Shown here piece after piece: positions 57,777 through 64,000 of a stretch of DNA of 64,000 bases (its first letter is position 1; the number at the start of each line of letters is the position of its first letter). The notes below the pieces were generated by a model. The model did no database searches, was not told the origin of the DNA, and saw only the letters and a list, made by a program, of their open reading frames with translations. This DNA is from an uncultured Clostridia bacterium (GTDB lineage Bacteria > Bacillota > Clostridia > Christensenellales > CAG-314). Where the stretch lies: NCBI GenBank assembly GCA_947601445.1, contig CANQGD010000001.1:130417-194416 (forward strand). Reading direction: 5' to 3'. The position numbers were made by a program, and so were the translations under genes.

Positions 57777-60700
57777 CTAACTCACAAGCTTTTTAACATA
57801 GCTCTTAAACATACTTTTCCGCCGAGAATTCTCTTTCCACAAAAGATTATATATATGCATTTTAATTTCGTAATCAGTCAATAATTCATCAAATTGACCA
57901 TTACACAAATACCTTTGTATGCTATTACTATCTTCCAATGAATCAATACGTTCGATTTTAAGAATATAATTTTTCCTTTGCTCCATATCTTTACATTGTT
58001 CCATAAATGCTTTTAGTAATTCAATGCGCTGCCCCCAAGTATTGTAAATAAGTAATTGCTGCAGGGACAAACGTTCGAACTTTCGAGCAATGTACACCGC
58101 CTCTAAGAACTGCTGACAATTTGACATATAGTCAAACATTTGGTCTACGGTAACATAAACTAATATATATTCATCAATATCTATCGTTGGATCAAACGAA
58201 AATTTATTTTCATATAATGTGCGTCCAACAATATACTGCCAATATTGGTGCCTATTGCGTAATTCAATCGTTATTTGGGGCGGCATGGCTCCACAATAAT
58301 CGTTATCTATGATAAGATCAATTAATTTATTGCTCCCAATATTTAATTGGTCTAATAAAGCGATAAACTTCTTAATATATTGGAGACAAGCAGTTCTATC
58401 AGTTGTATTTGCAATTTTTTTAATTATCTTTTCCTCGATCAAAGTAGGCATATCTGATGTAATATCCGCAAATTGAATGAGTTCATCAAATGAAGTAAAT
58501 TGACAAGTATCTTCATATGATTGTGCAATTTCTTCCTTTTGAGCCGATTTTAATACATGGTAATCGACTTTTTTAAACGGAATTTTCTTAAACAGCTCTT
58601 TCGTATTTTGAGAAGTGTTTTCAAACAAAAATTTTGCCAACAAATATGCATCTGTTGCACTTCGGATCAAAAACTGAAAAATTTCACCTGCTTGTGATGG
58701 GCTCTGAATCAATCGTGTTATTAAACCGAGATCCAGGCAATCCTCTAACGTTATTATTCTTGCTTCCTCTTCAGTTAATATAGCATACTGCGCATCATAC
58801 AAGAATTTATAAGCCCGTCTTATTTCAATCGATTGTTGAATTAGACCAATTCTATATTTAGTAAACAATGATTTGTGTCGACTGAACAACTCATTCATCA
58901 TTTTACTGTCAAATATACTTACATCATATATACGCGTTTCAAAATTATTTAACGTGATGCAATATTGGAGAAAAGTACTATAATATTTCTGTTCATAAAG
59001 ACTATTGAGTATATTATCATTTATGTTTAAATACCTTTCATAACCTTTTAGGCATTCGCAATACTCCCTACTGATCGGCTCGTCAAGAGAATTTAGATAA
59101 TTTTCTATTTCCTCATAAATTTCACTTCGGTTTTTTGATATAAACTTGAAAATTGTATCGTCAACAATTTTATTCAAGGACATCAAAGAAAGTACACCTC
59201 GCAACATTTCATCGGTCGGGGCCACAACGGCCGTATGACGTTTAATCATATCGACTAATTTAACTTTTTGCATCTCAGTCAACTCGGTTTTTGCCTTGTC
59301 AGCCAAAGCAACCAACAAAGAATTTGTACATTTACTTGGCTCAAGCAAATCAAATATTATATTCACATCACTTAAAGCTAATACTTCTTCGCTACTAAGG
59401 CAAGGAACGTTGCTATATATAAACATATTCTTAAACAACAGAATATCATTGCCAAATTTTTGTGTCAATTCAAACCGACATTGAGTGAAATATTCATTAA
59501 AATTTGTGGTCTTTTTATACAACTCCTCGGAATATTTTTTTAGTAGGTCACACTTACTTGAAAATGCGTAGCTGTAAACTCTAAGTAATGTTTCAACAAC
59601 GCTTTCGGTATTTTCTTTACTCCAAGGATAATTAACAACCATCGTATTAATTATTTGATCGGGATATTTTCTATAACAATATTCTAAAAGGCGTTCATCT
59701 TGTAAAATTACAACAGGAAAAGTCTTTTTAAGTTGCATTAGCTGGTTCATGCAGGCATCGGCAACTTTACATTCACCATCTTCAGAGAAAGACTGCTCTA
59801 TAATGTTAATAAATTCATTTTCTTCACAACTATTTCCAAGCAATAATACATCTTCTAATTTTCGCTCGCCTACATTCTTGATGTAACTACCATTCGGATA
59901 ACTGAAAAAATACTGTTTGAAATTATCGTCTATTATTCTATCGATAATCATACCACTGATTTCTTGCACAAAATCATCCGCTAATTCGAATTCACCAGTG
60001 AATACTTCTTTAATGTACTTAACAAGTTTTCCTATCTTTTCTTCACGTCCGGACGTAGATTCAATTCTCAACAAATTGCCATTATCTACTATTTGCTCAA
60101 ACTTCTTATCATTATTTACGAGCTTGTAATAATTTTGTTTATACTCGCTTTTAAGATATGCAACAGCACAGCATGTTATCATACTGGGGTTTCCCTGCTG
60201 ATTTTTATACTGTCTTGAACAAATGGTCTTATATAAAACGATAGCATCATTGAGACGATGTTTTAAATCACGAATTGTCAACTTACGACCTTGAATAAGA
60301 TATGAAAATTGTCCATATATAGAATCAGGTATGTTTTTATCTTGTTCGCCTACGGTAAACATTTTTCGTATCTCTTGCTCTTTCTCTTTGAGCAATTCTT
60401 GGAGTATTTTTGAAAAATCATCAATATGCACTGCTTTTAAGTCAAGCATATAATCAAAAAATTTGCTGTAATTTTCGCTTTTACCTGCATTGTCACCATT
60501 AGTTTGAGCAGTATTACTGCGTTTATCAATGTCAGGTCTAATTGCTACGATAAAGTGGATTTTTTTATTATCACATGCATTGGAAAGTCTATAAAGTACT
60601 TTTATAAAATTATCTATAAGATTCTCCTTCTCGGCTTTGTCCATTTCTATTCTATCTAAGTCTTCAATCAAAATTATTCTATTTTTACTTTTATTTTTGC

Positions 60701-61397
60701 AAATTGTATCCACTATTTCTTGATAAATCGAAAATATATCGCTACTATCTAGTTTTCTATGTCCCTCACTTTTCCATGTGGAAAATGCAACGTTATATTT
60801 TTTTAGACCGATAACCAAAAATATAATTGACATAGCATAAAATAACGGATATATATCTATCTTTAATAAAAATTGCCATCCATTCCAAATAGTTTCTAAA
60901 TACGGGATATCCACTGTTGTCATATGGAAAATCAATCCAATGACAAAAGATAACAAGGCTAACGATAAAAGCCCCCAGATCTTTTTAGAACTGAAAGTTA
61001 TGGATAGCAAGCCACTATTACCGCTAAGTCTTTTATTTACGTATTTTACTAAGTCTCTGTCTTCACTGTTTTTCGCAAGTTGAAATAAAAACGACTTTTC
61101 TAACCGTAATTCTTGAGATTCTACATCCTCATTGTCTTGTTGTCGCAACCCATCCCACATATTAATTTTAATGGTTTTATCGTACTTATCAGTGTTGGCG
61201 GTCAACATACCTACCATGCTTGATTTTCCATAGCCATAATCGCCAATTAACCCAATCATTTGTGCGCCCGAGTCTATAGCATCGTCCAACGCATCCCTTT
61301 GAGCCTGAAAACCAATGTGATCTTGATTTTCTTCATTGATCTCATGATTAACATACGAATAGCTACTCTTCTGACCATTCTTTTGTTTTTTTACCAT
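57777..61397 (-). CDS. KAP-family P-loop NTPase with two TM helices inserted in the NTPase domain and a ~800-aa uncharacterised C-terminal region
   Basis: Walker A GLIGDYGYGKSS. Two hydrophobic helices (LLSLALLSFVIGLIF; IYPLFYAMSIIFLVIGL) sit before Walker B RIILIEDLDRIE. FIVAIRPD and TIRDLKHRLND follow. Start set at ATG 61397 (GGAGGA RBS); the ORF-track GTG 61445 is the alternative. Confidence 0.8.
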   Translation of the reverse strand: MVKKQKNGQKSSYSYVNHEINEENQDHIGFQAQRDALDDAIDSGAQMIGLIGDYGYGKSSMVGMLTANTDKYDKTIKINMWDGLRQQDNEDVESQELRLEKSFLFQLAKNSEDRDLVKYVNKRLSGNSGLLSITFSSKKIWGLLSLALLSFVIGLIFHMTTVDIPYLETIWNGWQFLLKIDIYPLFYAMSIIFLVIGLKKYNVAFSTWKSEGHRKLDSSDIFSIYQEIVDTICKNKSKNRIILIEDLDRIEMDKAEKENLIDNFIKVLYRLSNACDNKKIHFIVAIRPDIDKRSNTAQTNGDNAGKSENYSKFFDYMLDLKAVHIDDFSKILQELLKEKEQEIRKMFTVGEQDKNIPDSIYGQFSYLIQGRKLTIRDLKHRLNDAIVLYKTICSRQYKNQQGNPSMITCCAVAYLKSEYKQNYYKLVNNDKKFEQIVDNGNLLRIESTSGREEKIGKLVKYIKEVFTGEFELADDFVQEISGMIIDRIIDDNFKQYFFSYPNGSYIKNVGERKLEDVLLLGNSCEENEFINIIEQSFSEDGECKVADACMNQLMQLKKTFPVVILQDERLLEYCYRKYPDQIINTMVVNYPWSKENTESVVETLLRVYSYAFSSKCDLLKKYSEELYKKTTNFNEYFTQCRFELTQKFGNDILLFKNMFIYSNVPCLSSEEVLALSDVNIIFDLLEPSKCTNSLLVALADKAKTELTEMQKVKLVDMIKRHTAVVAPTDEMLRGVLSLMSLNKIVDDTIFKFISKNRSEIYEEIENYLNSLDEPISREYCECLKGYERYLNINDNILNSLYEQKYYSTFLQYCITLNNFETRIYDVSIFDSKMMNELFSRHKSLFTKYRIGLIQQSIEIRRAYKFLYDAQYAILTEEEARIITLEDCLDLGLITRLIQSPSQAGEIFQFLIRSATDAYLLAKFLFENTSQNTKELFKKIPFKKVDYHVLKSAQKEEIAQSYEDTCQFTSFDELIQFADITSDMPTLIEEKIIKKIANTTDRTACLQYIKKFIALLDQLNIGSNKLIDLIIDNDYCGAMPPQITIELRNRHQYWQYIVGRTLYENKFSFDPTIDIDEYILVYVTVDQMFDYMSNCQQFLEAVYIARKFERLSLQQLLIYNTWGQRIELLKAFMEQCKDMEQRKNYILKIERIDSLEDSNSIQRYLCNGQFDELLTDYEIKMHIYNLLWKENSRRKSMFKSYVKKLVS

Positions 61398-61523
61398 TCT
61401 ATCCTCCGTACAATAATTGTTGAAACTGTTTTTTTTAGAATTCACATCTCAATTATTTTATTGATATTGCAAATCCACTTAGAATTGCCAGACTCCAACG
61501 CATTGAATAATTGCAAAACGTTG

Positions 61524-62072
61524 CTACTTGGCACAAAGGTGTATGTATCTTTCAACCGCGCCAAACGTCGTTTTCATTTCCGCGTAATTTTGCGATGTAA
61601 TTTTATTTACGATTGCCTTACGTTGCTGTTCAGTTGCGTTATAATCTTTCACGCCCGTCAATCGCTCCACCGTTGCAGCGTTATCAGTTTTGCTATTGGA
61701 GATCAATTTGACCGCATCGAAATGCAGCAACACCACTTGCAACGTACAAGGATTGACAAAGAATACAACTTGATCCGCTACACCTTTATCGTGAAATTTA
61801 TCTATCTTTTGTTTCATTGCAACAAACTGGTTATACGGATACTTTTCGGTATCGCAAAAAATCACAATCAACTTGTAGTTGTTTGTTTTGTAGTAATATG
61901 AGTACATCGCAGAGATATTGCTTATAGATTTGGCATCTTTTGTATGAACCGAAAAATTTTTGTTCCACACGCCGCAAGCTTTCAATCGATTGATATAGTC
62001 GCATTCCTCTGCACCCTCACATACAATAAGAACATTATTCTCATTGCTCGCGTTAGGTAATTTGTTCGCCAT
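61524..62072 (-). CDS. RloB-like (Toprim-related) protein
   Basis: NVLIVCEGAEECDYINRL near the N-terminus and VVFFVNPCTLQVVLLHF near the middle match the RloB pattern (i.i.CEG..tE..Y...; SNPcFE.WlLlHf). Start ATG 62072 lies 1 nt after the ATPase stop, with GGGGG upstream. Confidence 0.72.
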   Translation of the reverse strand: MANKLPNASNENNVLIVCEGAEECDYINRLKACGVWNKNFSVHTKDAKSISNISAMYSYYYKTNNYKLIVIFCDTEKYPYNQFVAMKQKIDKFHDKGVADQVVFFVNPCTLQVVLLHFDAVKLISNSKTDNAATVERLTGVKDYNATEQQRKAIVNKITSQNYAEMKTTFGAVERYIHLCAK

Positions 62073-62073
62073 T

Positions 62074-63369
62074 TCAATTACCCCCGTTACTTCTTGTGTC
62101 ACTCAAAAGTATGGATATCATATCGGGTTCCGGTAGCGCCCCCAACACACCCGAATTATATCTATCAAACACATCTGTTTCCGAACGAATTTTATCTTCT
62201 TTTGCAGTAAACTCCGCTAATGAATATAGGTATTCATTTTCGCTATCTTTGGATGCAAACCAAATTTGATCTTTACGGAATAATTTTTTACAATCTAACA
62301 ATGTCGCATCGTGCGCTGTAAATATCAACTGCGCTTTTACATTCAATTCATTGTTAAACAATGCAACAATAGCTCGTGTAAGTCTGAGCTGCAAGCTGCT
62401 GTCCAATTCAGCTACTACAAGAGTTTTTCCTTCATCTAATGCTTCTACAATATAACTCGCAATTGACACAATCTTTTTTGTCCCGGTTGAATCAAAAGAA
62501 AAACTTTGCACCGATTTACCCTTATGAACAGATGTCAACCGCAACATGTCTCCAATAGCTACTTTTAATTTGAGAACCTCCTCTCTTGGATTGGGGGCTT
62601 CTTCCTCATTGGTAATACCTATTACTTCGGATTTTGAACTATCTGCATAATATAGAAAATCATCTATATCCAAATCTGCAAGACGAATAAGCTCCACGGT
62701 TTTTTCTTTAATTTTTTCATTATTCTTCAAAACATCAATTGTTCTGTTGATTGGTATATTATTCATATCAAGTACCGTGATACTATCTGCGAATTTACGC
62801 AAAATATCTTTATATTCGCCTATCTTAGAAATAATAGAAGTATTTACTGTATATATTAGAATATTATCATTTGACACAAGACTTAAAATTTTGCTTAATT
62901 CGTCATCTTCATGAAAACGATAAATACCATTTATAACATCTCGTATAAACAATTCTTTAATTGAAATGTTCTTATGAGAGTCAAACGTCAGCTCTTTTAA
63001 GCACTCATATACAAAGCCTCTTTTATAACCGTTCAAAAGCGTAGAATCATATTTAAAATCATATTCAAATACTCTATCGCATTCCATGAATGTTACGCCA
63101 AATGAGCATACTTTGTCGTTTCTGAATATATTTGACGGCACCTCGGCAACTAAACCAAGTAACACATTCTTTATGGAGTTAATTGCACGAACAAGGCAAG
63201 TCTTGCCGGAATTGTTTGCACCGTAAACACAAAGGGATTTCAACACGTTAAAACCCATATTTTCATACACGTTATCTGCAAATCTCTTTATCCGCATATC
63301 TGCAATCAAAGATAATTCCACATCATTAGAGTAAACCAAAAAATTGTCAACACGGACTTTTATTAGCAT
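62074..63369 (-). CDS. ABC-type AAA ATPase (AAA_15/AAA_21-like; AbiLi/RloA-type partner of RloB)
   Basis: 431 aa. Walker A GANNSGKT, signature-like DSTGTKK, Walker B region TLVVAELDSSLQL, H-loop IFTAHD. C-terminal DQIWFASKD..G.S.LYSL...YNSGVLGALP tail is typical of this family. Confidence 0.82.
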   Translation of the reverse strand: MLIKVRVDNFLVYSNDVELSLIADMRIKRFADNVYENMGFNVLKSLCVYGANNSGKTCLVRAINSIKNVLLGLVAEVPSNIFRNDKVCSFGVTFMECDRVFEYDFKYDSTLLNGYKRGFVYECLKELTFDSHKNISIKELFIRDVINGIYRFHEDDELSKILSLVSNDNILIYTVNTSIISKIGEYKDILRKFADSITVLDMNNIPINRTIDVLKNNEKIKEKTVELIRLADLDIDDFLYYADSSKSEVIGITNEEEAPNPREEVLKLKVAIGDMLRLTSVHKGKSVQSFSFDSTGTKKIVSIASYIVEALDEGKTLVVAELDSSLQLRLTRAIVALFNNELNVKAQLIFTAHDATLLDCKKLFRKDQIWFASKDSENEYLYSLAEFTAKEDKIRSETDVFDRYNSGVLGALPEPDMISILLSDTRSNGGN

Positions 63370-63402
63370 ATCTTTACTTGCTCCTTTTTATTTTCAATAT
63401 AT

Positions 63403-63445
63403 AGTATAGCATAGCAATATTTTTTTGTGCAAGTTTTTTGCACAA
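63403..63445 (-). promoter_or_regulatory. Promoter with overlapping palindromic operator upstream of the ATPase gene
   Basis: Minus strand: TTGTGCAA-AAAAC-TTGCACAA (63445-63425). The second arm supplies a -35 TTGCAC. An 18-nt spacer precedes -10 TATACT (63408-63403). AAGGAG RBS at 63386-63381. Confidence 0.5.
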
Positions 63446-63555
63446 TTTCTGCAAATAAATTATGCCAACTTTATCATCAAATAAAACCACTATTCTAAAA
63501 TTAACTTTATAATTTTTTTACGATACATAAACCAATTTGTGTAGCGTCAGTATAC

Positions 63556-64000
63556 CTACAATAACACTTTATCTTTAATCTTATCAACTATTATCTTTGT
63601 TTTTCTCTTGCCGAGCCCAACATACGCCGCCAAGTTCATCAAATCCTGCTCGGCGGGATTGGGATTGCCCATCACGGTCATTTCATGTTCGGGCTTGTCA
63701 ATAGTTTTCGTCAAATCGTATGCCGGAGACAATCTGTATCCATTGACCGTTTCGTCATATACAAAAGAAAAATTTTTCCCGTGGTCGTCCTTTTTGCCGT
63801 ACAACACATTGAACGTCATGCGAGCAAAAGCTTCGTATAGGTCGCTCTTGTCTGCGCAGATGTTTTGAACCACTTGAAAGAGATGCACATAGTCCAGGTT
63901 GGGAATTCTATGAGTCGTTTCCAAAATGGACGACAACGAAACGACATGTATTCTCTTGCCGTCTTTGCGATCAAAACGTTTTGCACCGAAATATCCCGCA
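63556..64000 (-). CDS. HipA-family kinase, C-terminal part (partial; continues beyond window end)
   Basis: Frame is open to base 64000 (..AGYFGAKRFDRKDGKRIHVVSLSSILE..). It contains FNVLYGKKDDHGKNFSFVYDETVNGYRLSPAYDL, the canonical HipA C-terminal motif. Confidence 0.8.
   Translation of the reverse strand, partial: AGYFGAKRFDRKDGKRIHVVSLSSILETTHRIPNLDYVHLFQVVQNICADKSDLYEAFARMTFNVLYGKKDDHGKNFSFVYDETVNGYRLSPAYDLTKTIDKPEHEMTVMGNPNPAEQDLMNLAAYVGLGKRKTKIIVDKIKDKVLL

Overview
This 64 kb window looks like chromosome from a low-GC, endospore-forming Firmicute (Clostridia-like). That placement rests on spoVAC/AD/AE, yunB, a pheST T-box and the glgCDA genes. Most of the window is conserved housekeeping. 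It starts with the ftsK tail, rimO-pgsA-cinA-recA and rny on the + strand. A long minus-strand run follows: rnhA, lexA, hflX, a xer-type recombinase, ynbB-like, miaA-mutL-mutS-miaB, thiI-nifS, mutS2, a U32 peptidase, pheST, spoVA, glgCDA, scpAB, dac, hup, a MATE pump and deoB. There is one tRNA-Trp. I found no rRNA, no CRISPR array and no intact transposase. Three AT-rich accessory patches interrupt the core. (1) At 4.5-7.3 kb, between the recA terminator and the rny promoter, lies an array of start-less polymorphic-toxin tips, each followed by an immunity-like gene. The tips include a Hint-domain C-terminal stub and a complete GIY-YIG-like domain. Two of the immunity-like genes are split from their Shine-Dalgarno-equipped start codons by A8 and (TA)5 slippage tracts. 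(2) At 15.7-17.9 kb a second decayed islet carries a near-identical copy of the same Hint junction (VYN.N.LCYHT). (3) From 56.1 kb to the window end is a defence-type island. It holds an ABC/AAA ATPase, an RloB-like protein and a roughly 1200-aa membrane-inserted KAP-family NTPase on one strand, behind one operator-bearing promoter. Two HipA-family kinases flank this cluster. The ATPase-RloB-KAP cluster is my best candidate for an undescribed system. All homology calls were made by eye from motifs; no searches were run.
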